Source: Octopus sinensis (taxonomy: Eukaryota). From it: a stretch of 64,000 nt of DNA. Shown here one piece after another: positions 63,791-64,000 of the stretch. Numbering within the stretch: position 1 is the first letter of the stretch; every line of letters starts with the position of its first letter. The position numbers and the translations under genes are program-made. Location of the stretch: NCBI RefSeq assembly GCF_006345805.1, contig NC_043019.1:22133360-22197359 (forward strand), given 5' to 3'. The notes beneath the pieces are model-generated. The model was not told where the DNA came from. It was given only the letters and a program-made list of their open reading frames with translations, and made no database searches.

Positions 63791-64000
63791 ATCCAGTGTA
63801 ACACTAAACTTAAGAATTACTCAATATATTTTTCTCAAGTACATGTACCTACGGGCTGGGGGAAAAAGAAATTTGAGGCAAAACTGGAACTATGTGGTTG
63901 CAAAGCAAACTTCTTACCAATACAGTTACACTTGCACCTATGATTGAAAAAAACAAAAAAAAAACAGACTATTAAAAAAACTAAAACATGGTAAGAGTAC

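Overview
AT-rich, repeat-dense animal genomic DNA. It is very probably Octopus, inferred from the tRNA-derived SINE families, the (TA)n/(CAT)n microsatellite load and the gene structure. I reconstructed four spliced protein-coding genes by hand from GT-AG boundaries with consistent phases. (1) The 3' part of MYSM1 (+, 10 exons, 439-15533; SWIRM plus intact JAMM/MPN). (2) A GT14 core-2/I-branching beta-1,6-GlcNAc transferase (GCNT-like; minus strand, 30758 down to 19920) with two tandem, homologous, intact candidate alternative last exons. (3) A two-exon orphan class A GPCR (+, 41239-50220). (4) The 3' part of MPP10/MPHOSPH10 (minus strand, 9 exons, 63256 down to 51757). The rest is SINEs, RTE/CR1/Tx1/Penelope remnants, Tc1/mariner fossils, hAT-, mariner- and piggyBac-like MITEs, Helitron-like elements and micro/minisatellites. 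The most interesting signals are the duplicated GCNT terminal exons, which would swap the nucleotide-sugar-binding C-terminus (Arg versus His at the GCNT1 R378-equivalent), and several Penelope-type hammerhead ribozyme motifs. An 18-bp minisatellite also brackets the MYSM1 last exon. No searches were run; family assignments are from recalled motifs, and repeat boundaries are approximate unless a TSD or TIR is cited.
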